Source: an uncultured Gemmatimonadales bacterium (GTDB lineage Bacteria; Gemmatimonadota; Gemmatimonadetes; Longimicrobiales; RSA9). From it: a stretch of DNA of 64,000 nucleotides. Below are positions 9,843 through 22,473 of the stretch, one piece after another. The notes beneath the pieces are model-generated. The model made no database searches and was not told the DNA's origin. It saw nothing but the letters and a program-made list of their open reading frames with translations. The stretch lies in contig CAWCRS010000002.1 of NCBI GenBank assembly GCA_963798085.1, positions 224,001 to 288,000 of the forward strand, written 5' to 3'. Numbering within the stretch: the stretch's first letter is position 1; the number at the start of each line of letters is the position of its first letter. Both the position numbers and the translations under genes were made by a program.

Positions 9843-10142
9843 ATGCCGGAAGCATGGAGCGAGAAGGACGAGAGACAGTACCGGCACATCCGCGACAGTG
9901 AAGAGCAACGGGGTCGCACGGCGGATCGCGCAAAGGAAATCGCCGCGCGCACCGTCAACCGGCAGCGGCGTGAAGAGGGCAGGACGCCCTCGCGTCGCAC
10001 GTCGGGCACCGGCAGTCGCAACGCGCGACTCGACGCACGCACCGTGGAGGAGCTGCGCAATCGGGCCGCCGAACTGGGCATTCGCGGACGCAGCGGCATG
10101 AACAAGAGGCAGCTCATCGCTGCCATCCGCGAAGAGGAGTAG
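9843..10142 (+). CDS. Small stress protein with C-terminal Rho-N-like domain
   Basis: MPEAWSEKDERQYRHI...AKEIAARTVN...TVEELRNRAAELGIRGRSGMNKRQLIAAI; AGGAG/AGGA RBS. Confidence 0.8.
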   Translation: MPEAWSEKDERQYRHIRDSEEQRGRTADRAKEIAARTVNRQRREEGRTPSRRTSGTGSRNARLDARTVEELRNRAAELGIRGRSGMNKRQLIAAIREEE

Positions 10143-10361
10143 TGGGCCGGAACGGTCCGCTACTCTACCGCAGCACACAGTCCCGCCCCATCGACGGCGT
10201 GACGTCGGCCACGATCACGGCAGCGTGAAGCGTGGCGACGTCCGCCGCTCGCCACTGCTGTTGTTCCGCGCACGGGCCGCGGTATATTGGCCGTCGTCTG
10301 CACACGGCCGTCCAGGGGCCGGATGGCCGCCCACCTTCCGTGAACGCTCGGAGAGATCCTC

Positions 10362-13783
<3,422 letters not shown>

Positions 13784-13796
13784 CACGAAGTTGGAA

Positions 13797-13835
13797 CGGC
13801 CCGGTCCGCGCGCGTTGCCTGCGCGGACCGGGCCG
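13797..13835. terminator. Hairpin between convergent genes
   Basis: Perfect 15-bp inverted repeat cggcccggtccgcgc / gcgcggaccgggccg. Confidence 0.6.
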
Positions 13836-13882
13836 CCAGTCCTCCGCCACGCGGGGCGGCCGATCGGGTTTTCAGGCTGGAC

Positions 13883-15119
13883 TCAGCCCGCCTTCCTGAG
13901 GAGCGGGAAGCGGCGCACGGATTCCACGTCCAGCTCATTGCGCCAGACACCCAGCACGTAATCGCGGCCGATCTCTTCCGGCCGGAAGTTCGCGGGCATG
14001 TGGACCGTGCCCAGCCAGCGTCCCTGCCCGTCGAACACCGACCACGGACCATCCGTGTCCACCGCGGTCGTGAAGTCCTGCACCCAGAGATCATTGTCCG
14101 CGTCCACCACCCAGACGTTGCCGTACGCCGGCAGCGTCGCCGTGTGCGGCTTGTCCGCGTAATCCTTCTCGATGGCCGCACGCCGCTCGGGCGCTGCCGC
14201 ATCAACGTCGTGCTGCTTCAGCTGATCGAGCAGCGACGCGGTGACGGCTCGCGGCTGCGCCGGATGGCGCATGCTGAGCAGGTGCCGGCCGTGCACGGTG
14301 TACACATCGACCGTGTAGTCGTCACCCATGCCCCGGTAGTAGAACGTGTCGTGCGCCATGAGCACCGCGAAGCGACCGAAGCGCGGCACGTTCGGCCCCC
14401 AGCTGGGCGTGGTTACGTAATCCGCGTCCGCGAAGGTGCCAATGGTGTCGACGACTGTGCCGTCATCCCTGGTGCGCACGGCGGGCACCATGGTGCGGCC
14501 ATTGCCTTCCTTGATGGCCGCGTCGATGAAGCGGTTGCGGCGCAGCAGGAACGTGCCATCGGAGAAACGCGCGTAGGGAATGGCGCTCAACCCCTGCGAC
14601 CCCTTCTGCTCGAAAGTCACCATGCGCGCGGGAGCGCCGGCAACGTCGAAATACGTCATGCGCGCGTTGCTGGCGTCGAACACCAGGATCGTGTCCGGGC
14701 GGATGAACCACGCATCCCAGATCAGGCGTATCTCGCCGGGCCCCGAGCCCATGTGGCCGATCGTGCTCTGGTATTTGCCGGACGCGTCGAACAGGCGGAT
14801 CTCGGGCGGCCGGCTGGTGTTCACCACGGCAATGCGGCCGTCCGGCAGCGTGAACGTCCGCTTGATGCTTGTGAACTCGTCGTTAGGGCCGGCCGGATGC
14901 TCGCCGATGGCCAGCGTGGGCGCCGCGCCGAGCTTCCATTCTTCGCCTTTCTTCCACAGCGGCGTGCGGCTCTCCACGATGCGCACACCTGCGCTGTCCT
15001 TCGCCTGTGCCGCGGCGGGTGAGCGGGATCCGGAAACTGCCAATCACGCTCACGACCGCCAGCATCGGGAGCTGACGCGTGCTGCTCGACTGCCGGCGCT
15101 GCCATCGGTCGACGCTCAT
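13883..15119 (-). CDS. Secreted beta-propeller-like hypothetical protein; start uncertain, probable frameshift near 15040
   Basis: DSAGVRIVES, GSGPGEI, WVVDADNDLWV, WSVFDGQGRWLGTV, GVWRNELDVESV. The N-terminal leader appears to lie in another frame. Confidence 0.7.
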
Positions 15120-15193
15120 TGAGCCGTTCCCGTCTTCCGGGTAAATGTGCTGGTCGCGAGGGCAGATTATTGGAGCACGCGGTGCGCACGGCG

Positions 15194-15808
15194 TCAACCA
15201 CCTCGCCCGGAATCGGGGTGAGCCATCGCCTGCGCGCGCACGACTGCCTCGCGCTTCGTAAGCAGGCGCTGGAAGGCCTCGGCATCTTTCGGTCGCGCGC
15301 CATCGTGGCCGATGCGCGCCCAGTCCGCATCCTCCGGATCCAGTCCCAGCACCCGCACCGCTTCGGCTGTGCACACGAAGAAATGATGGCGATAGGGCAG
15401 CAGGTAGCCGCCTGCGCGCTCCAGATCCGCCTTCGCTTCCTCGTGACGCGGGTACCAGCGATTCAGGAAAACGGCCATGCCGCGACCGTACCAGATCTCC
15501 TCCGCCGCATTGCGTCGCGCAGCGCGCCGTGGCGCCGGGACGGGCATGGTCGCCTCCAATGCGCGTTTCATTGCCGTCCATGACGCGTAGCCGGCCTCCT
15601 GCGCCACCACGGCCAGCGCGTGCTTGAGCTGGATGCGTTCGTGTTGCGCGGTATCGGCTGCGCTCAGGGTGGCGAAACTGCGCAGGCCGCGGAATCGTGC
15701 GAGCGCCGCAGCAACCGCGTCGGCTTCACCGGAACGCAACTGCTTGAGGAGTCGCCGCGCCGACGCGCGACACGAAGACAGCGAAGGTGTTTCCTGCGGG
15801 CTCGACAT
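15194..15808 (-). CDS. Hypothetical protein with 'A(R/K)xLLK...LxHALxVVAxExGYxSW' N-terminal domain
   Basis: Good codon usage and GAGGGAG RBS. The N-terminus resembles the helical domain found before ankyrin- and glyoxalase-type proteins. Confidence 0.75.
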   Translation of the reverse strand: MSSPQETPSLSSCRASARRLLKQLRSGEADAVAAALARFRGLRSFATLSAADTAQHERIQLKHALAVVAQEAGYASWTAMKRALEATMPVPAPRRAARRNAAEEIWYGRGMAVFLNRWYPRHEEAKADLERAGGYLLPYRHHFFVCTAEAVRVLGLDPEDADWARIGHDGARPKDAEAFQRLLTKREAVVRAQAMAHPDSGRGG

Positions 15809-15973
15809 GGATTTCTCCCTCGATCTGCTGCGCCAGCCCGACGAATTGCAGCATCAAGGAGATCCGTGTGAACCACCCATCAGGGCAGAACGAGGGTGAG
15901 CGTGCTCTTTCTCGGGCGCAGGCGTCCCTCGCCACCTGCGCTCGAATGATCGCGCAATCCCGCCGCCTGTCAA
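15809..15973 (-). promoter_or_regulatory. Sigma-70 promoter plus structured 5' leader (three hairpins, last one covering the RBS)
   Basis: TTGACA (15968-15973)-N16-GATCAT; stems at 15916-15941, 15874-15898 and 15809-15865. Confidence 0.55.
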
Positions 15974-15986
15974 GCCGGCGCGACGC

Positions 15987-16536
15987 TCAACCGGCTTTGT
16001 GTTTGACGTACATCGCGTCGAACGTGGACTGCCAGTTCCTGCCATCGCGCGACACTTCAATGACCTGGTGCACGCGCCCGTCGGCCATGGGCGTGAGCGT
16101 CGTGCGATCCTGAATCTCGCCACCGCTCAGCAGCGGAATGGTTCCCTGAAAGCGTACGGCGCCTCCGGCGAGGGGCGGCTGCAGCTCTTTCTCTTTCACA
16201 CCGCCGGGCGACGACGGGTTTTCCGTGACCCACACCTGTTTCCAGCGACGTGTGGGCGGCTGATAGTAGAAGAGACTCTTCCCTTCACCACCGCCCGCGC
16301 CTCGCCAGTTCTCGAATGAGCGCGCAGCCTGACAGAATCTTCTCCACGCGATCCGTGCCCGCCAGCTGATCGCCCGTGAAGACATCCCATTCGCCCACCC
16401 AGAAGTCGAGCAGGCTGAACGCGGAATCCGCGGCGCAGCCGCCCGCGGTCTGCGCCTGCACCCGGGCGGGTCGCGCTGCCATGCACGCGCACAACGCCGC
16501 GAGCAGCAGCGATCCGATGACAGCGGGTTTGCCCAT
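15987..16536 (-). CDS. Secreted hypothetical protein (DUF1579-like beta-barrel), frameshift near 16316
   Basis: Signal peptide, LDFWVGEWDV...ILSGCALI | ENWRG...GKSLFYY...WKQVWV...EVSRDGRNW. Confidence 0.7.
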
Positions 16537-16675
16537 GGCGGCTCCATGTTGACGGGAAGCTGCCGCCAATCTGTTGCCGCGTGCCTTCGCGTGGCGAGCC
16601 CGCAGCAAGCCATTCGTCGCACACCACGAGCCGTTGATCACGACAGCCTGCGGGTGCGCCGCACCGGCGGGAGGA

Positions 16676-17533
16676 TCAGACGGTCGCGCTCCAGATGCCG
16701 GTGCGTTGCGGTGCGCGCAGACTGTCCCGACGGCCCTGCAGATAACGCGCTGTCATGGTGACCGCATCCAGTCCGAGAATCTGCGAGAAGCCCAGACCGT
16801 ACAGCCGTTCCCGCAGTACATCCGGATCCATGTGCGTGCGGAACGGTTCGCCCACGGCAGCGGCGCGCGCCGCCAGCGCGCTCTCGCCGTCGCCTGCAGC
16901 GGTAGGCGGCGCACTCATCGTGAACACCAGCTCGCTGCCGCGCGGCAGTCCGGCGGCGAAGCGGAACACGGCATCGACGCCCGCCGCATCGAGGTATACC
17001 AGCACGCCCAGGCAGGCGGCCAGCACGGGCTGCGCCGGGTCCATCCCAGCCTCGACCAGTCGCGGGTGCAACGCAGGCGAGGTGATGTCGGCGGGCACGA
17101 ACACGGTGTTTGGGGGCGGGACCACACCCGCCTGACGCAGCCGTTCCAGCTTGGCCTGCTGCGTGGCCGCCTGGTCGACTTCGAAGATGCGCAGGGCGCC
17201 GGCCCAGGCCGGCTGGCGGCAGGCAAACGTGTCGTAGCCCGCACCCAGAATCACGTACTGCGTCACGCCCCGCTGCACCGCTTCCGCCAGCCGATCCTCG
17301 GCGAACCGGCTGCGTACCACGACGTGCGTGCGCAGCGCACCGGCACGCGGCGCCTGGAAGGACTGGGCGTGTGCGCGAATGCCGGCTTTCGCCTCCGCAT
17401 CCAGCAGGCGCAGGATCACGGGATCGTCGTGCACGCACGGCGCATCGTCCAGCAGCTGGTGCACGGCGCGCAGCAGGGCCGCGCCCAGCGCGGTCGCGCT
17501 CGCGCCCGCTGGCGCAGGTCCCTCGTCGTTCAT
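16676..17533 (-). CDS. SAM-dependent methyltransferase, LCM/TIGR00027-like
   Basis: ATALGAALLRA, RSRFAED, QYVILGAGYDT, IFEVD, LGVLVYL. Confidence 0.88.
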   Translation of the reverse strand: MNDEGPAPAGASATALGAALLRAVHQLLDDAPCVHDDPVILRLLDAEAKAGIRAHAQSFQAPRAGALRTHVVVRSRFAEDRLAEAVQRGVTQYVILGAGYDTFACRQPAWAGALRIFEVDQAATQQAKLERLRQAGVVPPPNTVFVPADITSPALHPRLVEAGMDPAQPVLAACLGVLVYLDAAGVDAVFRFAAGLPRGSELVFTMSAPPTAAGDGESALAARAAAVGEPFRTHMDPDVLRERLYGLGFSQILGLDAVTMTARYLQGRRDSLRAPQRTGIWSATV

Positions 17534-18273
17534 TTCGCGCGACGAGGCCGCTTCGAGGCCGGCGCGCTGCGCTTGACGTAGCGACGCCGGCGGGCGTCCG
17601 GGAAGCGCTCGACCGCGTAGCGCAGCATGGTGCGCGGCATGCGCGCGTGATGCTCGCGCAGGAACGCTTCCTCCACCGCCATGTCGCGCTTGCCGATCTC
17701 CCGCAGCATCCAGCCGGCGGCCTTGTGGATCAGGTCCTCCTCGTCATCCAGCAGCTGGCGCACCAGCTCGAGCGTGGTCGTGAATTCGCCCTGCTTGATG
17801 TACGTGAACGTGGCCAGGATGGCGACACGCCGCTCCCAGAGACCCGGCGAACGCGCGAGCCGCGCCAGGAGCGAGCGGTCACCTTCGCGCAGGTGCGCAC
17901 CTACAATGTGTTCCGCCGAGCAATCCACCAGATCCCAGTTGTTGATCCAGTGCAGGTGCTCGAGGTAGGTGTCGAAGAGCCGCTGGCGGGTGGCGGCGTC
18001 GCCACGCTGATACTGGTGTACCATGATGAACAGCGCGAGCGCCCGCTCCTCGTGGTAGCGGGAACGCAGCAGGCGGCGCACTTCGGTGGGCGACAGCGCG
18101 TGATAACGCCGAGTCAGCTCACGCAGCACGGGTACCCGGATACCCAGGAACGCATCGCCCTCGCCGTATTCGCCGGGTCCGGTCTTGAAGAATAATGCGG
18201 TACGCCGCGCAATCGTGGCATCCGCCTGGCGTCGCAGCTCGCGTTGCGCCTCCGTCAGCCCCGCCATGGTCAC
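17530..18273 (-). CDS. DNA alkylation repair protein (AlkD-like)
   Basis: FFKTGPGEYGEGDAFLGIRVP, INNWDLVD, LWERR, DLIHKAAGWMLREIGK, MPRTMLRYAVE. Confidence 0.9.
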   Translation of the reverse strand: MTMAGLTEAQRELRRQADATIARRTALFFKTGPGEYGEGDAFLGIRVPVLRELTRRYHALSPTEVRRLLRSRYHEERALALFIMVHQYQRGDAATRQRLFDTYLEHLHWINNWDLVDCSAEHIVGAHLREGDRSLLARLARSPGLWERRVAILATFTYIKQGEFTTTLELVRQLLDDEEDLIHKAAGWMLREIGKRDMAVEEAFLREHHARMPRTMLRYAVERFPDARRRRYVKRSAPASKRPRRAK

Positions 18274-18300
18274 TCCCGTCCGCAGGCACCGGGCGACGGG

Positions 18301-18705
18301 TCAGCCCGACGCCACGGCTTCCATGCCCGTCACCGCATCGCGGTTCACGAGAATGCGGATGTTGTTGCTCTTCGTGTCGACCGGCACGACGAAGAAGTAG
18401 GGCCGGTTGGGTGGATACCGGATGGTGAGTCCGACAATGGTCTCTCCATCCGCGAAGCGCAGCTTCACGATGGTCGATCCGCGGGCGCGCGGATCGGTCG
18501 GATCCGGCGTATTCGCTTCCTCGTGTCTGGCATCACCCTCGAGCGAGCGCACGAAGAACAGCGCCTTCAGCTCGCTGAGCTTCACCTCGAGTGCGGCGCC
18601 TTGCGGTGGACGTACATGAAACGCGGGCCGTGCCGGGTCCACGTCCAGGCTGATGCCGCGCACGACGCGGCCATCCAGGAAGCGCGCGACGACTTTGTTG
18701 CTCAT
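18301..18705 (-). CDS. Conserved hypothetical protein (DUF6982-like)
   Basis: MSNKVVARFLDGRVVRG...LKALFFVR...FADGETIVG...FFVVPVD..SNNIRI. Confidence 0.75.
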   Translation of the reverse strand: MSNKVVARFLDGRVVRGISLDVDPARPAFHVRPPQGAALEVKLSELKALFFVRSLEGDARHEEANTPDPTDPRARGSTIVKLRFADGETIVGLTIRYPPNRPYFFVVPVDTKSNNIRILVNRDAVTGMEAVASG

Positions 18706-18794
18706 GTCGGATTTTGCCGTGCAATTCGCTGGCCATGGTTGTCGCGGGGGCGGCCAAAGCTGCAGGACGGCGGGCGCAGCGGCAAGAGCGCGCC

Positions 18795-19514
18795 TCAGCC
18801 TGCGGGCTTCTGCAGCACGAGCTGCATCCGGGGCCGTTCCGCGCTGGCCGCCAGGACCTCCGTGAAGTCGCTGCAGGCGAGCACCAGCTCGAGGCCGGCC
18901 GCGTGTGCCGCCACCGCCAGCGATTCCGGTGTGTGCACCTGCCACTGGAAGCGATCGGTATCGCCGGAGCCGGCGTACTGTAACTCCACGGTTAGCACGT
19001 CGCCGGTCAGCTGCTTGCGCTCGTGGACGGCAATGCCATCGCGCGTGAAGCGGCGCTCGTCGTGATGGCGTGCGAAGAAGTCGCGGTGGTACACGTCGAG
19101 GAGCAGGCGGCCGCCCGGCCGCAGCAGTGCGTACACCGCGTCCAGCACTGCCTGGTTCTGCGCCGGTGTGAACCAGCCGAAGCTGGCCCAGAGGATCAGA
19201 ACGCCGTCCCACCCGGCCTGCAAGCCGGCGAGATCACGTATATCCTGCTGCAGGAACCGGCAACCGGGCGGCGCGGCCGCGCGGGCCGCAGCAATCACCC
19301 GGGCGTTGCGGTCCACACCCGTGACTTCGTAGCCGAGGCCAGCCAGCGGGATGGCGTGGCGCCCGTATCCGCAGCACAGATCGAGCAGGCGGCGGAAGTG
19401 CGGGAGTGGCAGCTGGCGCGCGACGAACTGCAGCTCCACGCCTGTTTGCGCTGCCGGTACCGTCGCCAGGAACGTGCGGTACCAGGTCGGAGAGAACACG
19501 CCGCCGTCAGTCAT
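18795..19514 (-). CDS. Class I SAM-dependent methyltransferase
   Basis: LLDLCCGYGRH, VTGVD, SFGWF, LRPGGRLLLD. Confidence 0.88.
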   Translation of the reverse strand: MTDGGVFSPTWYRTFLATVPAAQTGVELQFVARQLPLPHFRRLLDLCCGYGRHAIPLAGLGYEVTGVDRNARVIAAARAAAPPGCRFLQQDIRDLAGLQAGWDGVLILWASFGWFTPAQNQAVLDAVYALLRPGGRLLLDVYHRDFFARHHDERRFTRDGIAVHERKQLTGDVLTVELQYAGSGDTDRFQWQVHTPESLAVAAHAAGLELVLACSDFTEVLAASAERPRMQLVLQKPAG

Positions 19515-19767
19515 GCGCGTCGTGCGCCGGCGGCAGGCCAGTGGGCCCGGCAGCCGGGACCGGCGCGGGACCTGCGGCCCGTTTCGAACGAGCTGTTAGG
19601 GAGGCTGCGGGCCGGGGCTTGCTGCGCTGGCACGGGGCATGGCGCGGAGTTGGTGGCGGTACGCCACCCTGCCGGGACGGTCCGCCCGCTTCGGCTGGGG
19701 ACCGTCCCGGATCGGGTCACGGGATGGAACGACGTGCGACGCGGAGTCCGGTCGCCCGCCGCGGTAA

Positions 19768-20088
19768 TCAGCGACGTCCGCGCTTGCTCTTCGCCGCAGT
19801 CCGCCTGCGTGCTGCTGCTTTCTTCGCGCGGGCCGGCTTGGAACGAGGCCGGGTCGATGCTTCGGGATCCCTGGACAACTGGTCGATCAACTTCGAGAGC
19901 TCGGTTGACCGGCGACGCGCGAGCTTCAGCGCAGCGGCCTGCCAGCCTGCGGGTGGATTGCAATGACCCGGATTCGAGGGATCGAGTCGCGCCAGACGCA
20001 GCACACCATGGCTCGTCCCGGTCTCCTTGGCGAGGTCTTTCAGGGTCACGCCCCCGATCAAGGTTGAAGTGGCGCGCGTGAAGTCCAT
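19768..20088 (-). CDS. Small basic protein, HTH-like N-terminus and K/R/A-rich tail (paralog 1)
   Basis: MDFTRATSTLIGGVTLKDLAKETGTS..RLDPSNPGH..PAGWQ; clear homolog at 51765-52088. Confidence 0.75.
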   Translation of the reverse strand: MDFTRATSTLIGGVTLKDLAKETGTSHGVLRLARLDPSNPGHCNPPAGWQAAALKLARRRSTELSKLIDQLSRDPEASTRPRSKPARAKKAAARRRTAAKSKRGRR

Positions 20089-20412
20089 GAACCCTTGCCT
20101 CCAGTTTGAGGTGGATCGGGGGTGCAGGATGGTGATGTGCGTGCGAGACTTGCGCAAGATCCGCCAGTGTGTGCACACCCGGCACCCATCCCTAACTCGC
20201 TGGAAAAATGCATGCTCGACATGTCGTGTGTCCAGCCTCGCACGGATAGTGGTCCCGCGGCCCGTGCAATTCGTCGTGTCGCGGAACTGTCTGTTCAATG
20301 GCCGGCCGCGTGTTCTGCAGGTCCCGCGACCGGCGCGCCAGGGGTGCTCCCGCCCCCGGCCCGGCGACCGGGCCGGACGGCGCGCGAACCGGCACCGCCC
20401 GGCCGCCGCCGG

Positions 20413-20440
20413 TTGACATGCGGGGGGATTCGGCTATGTT
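20413..20440 (+). promoter_or_regulatory. Sigma-70 promoter of rpsU
   Basis: TTGACA-N16-TATGTT. Confidence 0.6.
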
Positions 20441-20480
20441 GCCTTTCGTACCATCCGGATTTCGCCGCCGACTGATTCCG

Positions 20481-20510
20481 AGACCTGACGCGTGCGCCAG
20501 GTCTTTTTTT
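20481..20510 (+). terminator. Intrinsic terminator-like hairpin inside the rpsU leader
   Basis: agacctgacg-cgtg-cgccaggtct followed by a T run, between the promoter and the start codon. Confidence 0.6.
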
Positions 20511-20534
20511 GCTGCCCCGTTATGGAAGGATCCC

Positions 20535-20744
20535 GTGGTCGAAATACAATTGGAAGAACACGACCGGCTGGACTGGGCACTGAAGCAGTTCCGGCGCCGC
20601 ATGCTGCGCTCTGGACTGTTCAAGGACATGAAGCGGAAGCGCTTCTATGTGAAGCCCAGCGTTGCCCGCAAGGCCAAGGAGCAGGCAGCGCAACGTCGCC
20701 GTCACAAGGACCGGAAGCGCGCCGCGCGCTGGAAGAACGACTGA
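20535..20744 (+). CDS. rpsU: 30S ribosomal protein S21
   Basis: VVEIQLEEHDRLDWALKQFRRRMLRSGLFKDMKRKRFYVKPS; GTG start with GAAGGA RBS. Confidence 0.9.
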   Translation: MVEIQLEEHDRLDWALKQFRRRMLRSGLFKDMKRKRFYVKPSVARKAKEQAAQRRRHKDRKRAARWKND

Positions 20745-20800
20745 CCAGCTGAGCGAGCAGGTCCGAGCCAGAGCTGGCCCGGACCCGCTCGTATCACGCG

Positions 20801-21124
20801 TCAGCGACGACCGCCGCCGCCGCCACCACCGGGGCCGCGATCACGCCGGCCACCACCGCCCCCCCCACCACCAAAGCCACCGCGCCCTCCGGGCGGCGGA
20901 CTTCCTCCCGCGGGCGCATCCAGACGCACGACGTTCTCTGCGGCCGGCCCTTTCTGGCCCTGAACCACATCGAACTCGACCCGCTCACCCTCGTTCAGGG
21001 TCCGAAAGCCGGAACCCTGAATTGCTGTGTGGTGGACGAATACGTCATCGCCCCCCTCACGTGTGATGAATCCGAAACCCTTGTCTGGATTGAACCACTT
21101 GACCGTCCCGTTCTCTCTCGCCAT
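20801..21124 (-). CDS. Cold-shock domain protein with Gly/Arg-rich C-terminal tail
   Basis: GTVKWFN..KGFGFI...DVFVHH...[10 protein letters not shown], then [29 protein letters not shown]. Confidence 0.93.
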   Translation of the reverse strand: MARENGTVKWFNPDKGFGFITREGGDDVFVHHTAIQGSGFRTLNEGERVEFDVVQGQKGPAAENVVRLDAPAGGSPPPGGRGGFGGGGGGGGRRDRGPGGGGGGGRR

Positions 21125-21296
21125 GTCGACCGATCCTAAAGGGATGTCACCCGGTGCCCGCGCAAACGCCAACATACGTCGCTAAGTGCAGACGCGCCAT
21201 TGCAAGGCGATTTGCTGGCGCCGGCGCGGCTGACTGGAGCCGCTTCGTGAAGCCCGGCTCGTCAGCCCGGGAACCCGGCCGGAGCAACCGACGGAT

Positions 21297-21325
21297 TTGA
21301 CGTCCTGCTATCGCGCCGTTATCGT
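21297..21325 (+). promoter_or_regulatory. Sigma-70 promoter of the cspA-like gene
   Basis: TTGACG-N17-TATCGT. Confidence 0.6.
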
Positions 21326-21373
21326 GTAGCAGAGCGGGAACCAGATCCGGGCAAGTGCCCGGGGACCACTGAG

Positions 21374-21405
21374 AGGGACTGGGCCAATGCCCGGTCCCTT
21401 TTTTT
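21374..21405 (+). terminator. Intrinsic terminator-like hairpin inside the csp leader
   Basis: agggactgggc-caat-gcccggtccct followed by a T run. Confidence 0.7.
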
Positions 21406-21508
21406 GTACCGCTCTGCGTTTCGCGGACACAGTGTCTGCGGGACATGGTGGCGACAAGGTACGGATACCCGTCCCCCGACACCACAACTCGTTCAAGGGA
21501 GTACGGTT

Positions 21509-21718
21509 ATGCGTACGACAGGAGTAGTGAAGTGGTTCAATGATACCAAGGGCTTCGGCTTCATCACGCCGAGCAATGGTAGCAAGGACTGCTTCGTCCA
21601 CCACAGCGCCATCAGCGGTTCGGGCTTCAAGAGTCTGTCCGAAGGCGATCGCGTCGAATTCGACGTCGTGCAGGGTCAGAAGGGTCCGGCGGCCGAGAAC
21701 GTGAGCCGGGTCCAGTAA
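21509..21718 (+). CDS. cspA: Cold-shock protein
   Basis: [21 protein letters not shown]...DCFVHHSAI...[10 protein letters not shown]. Confidence 0.95.
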   Translation: MRTTGVVKWFNDTKGFGFITPSNGSKDCFVHHSAISGSGFKSLSEGDRVEFDVVQGQKGPAAENVSRVQ

Positions 21719-21738
21719 CAGCGGTTCAGTGCAGTGGT

Positions 21739-21772
21739 GAACCGCCCGCGCCGCAGTCAGCGCGGGCGGTTC
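21739..21772. terminator. Hairpin between convergent genes
   Basis: gaaccgcccgcgc / gcgcgggcggttc. Confidence 0.6.
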
Positions 21773-21777
21773 TGCAT

Positions 21778-22056
21778 TTAACGCGAGCCACGCGGCTGTC
21801 GAGCGGGAAGCAGGACATTCGAGGAGGCCGCGTAGAACGGCGGCGCCTGTCGGTCCAGGATACGCAGCTCGAGCAGACGACTCCCATCGCTCGTCTTGCC
21901 GCACACGCGTGAAACTTCGGCGCGGCCCTCGGTGCAGAAGACCGTATCGCCCTTGCGTGGAGCCCTGCTGTCCGACGGCTCCCATCCCGGATGGGAAGAC
22001 GGGTCCACGCGAAGATCCGCATTCCGGAGCCGCCTGGCCGTGTTTCCTGATGCCAT
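21778..22056 (-). CDS. Small hypothetical protein, possibly an SH3/KOW-like barrel
   Basis: PRKGDTVFCTEGRAEVSRVCGKTSDGSRLLEL...FYAASSNVL; GAGG RBS. Confidence 0.6.
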   Translation of the reverse strand: MASGNTARRLRNADLRVDPSSHPGWEPSDSRAPRKGDTVFCTEGRAEVSRVCGKTSDGSRLLELRILDRQAPPFYAASSNVLLPARQPRGSR

Positions 22057-22473
22057 GCTCTCTACCTCGGGGTCACCATGGAACTGCGTGCGCCCGTTAG
22101 CGATACGGTACGCGGCGGGTGGGTTCGGATGGCTCGTGCGGACACGACCCCCGAAGCGAGTCCTTCGCGGAATGCCTTGCGCGACGTTACCGCCAGTCTT
22201 CCAGTCTTCGGCGCCGACGCGCTGGGCTGCGCCAGACAACGCTTCTTTCACAGTTTACCGAAAAACCGGCCGAACGGCCAGTGCCCGCAGCATTCGGCGC
22301 GCGGATTCGACACCTGAACTGATTGCTTGTCGTTAGCGGAATGCAGAGTGCGTTGCCGGCGACAATGCTGCTGCCGCTCCGGCGCGACCGCCGCGCGCCG
22401 GGCGGGGCCGGCGCCCCATCAGCCGCAGCACCTTAACACGATATTACGATGCCGGTGCCTTCCCCGGACTCGC

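Noticed and set aside
22150..22240. ZTP or glycine riboswitch (GACTGGCG and CGCCGAAG fragments on the minus strand)
   Set aside because: The other conserved elements (CGCCUGGGC; GGAGA/CUCAGG) are missing and the downstream gene does not fit.
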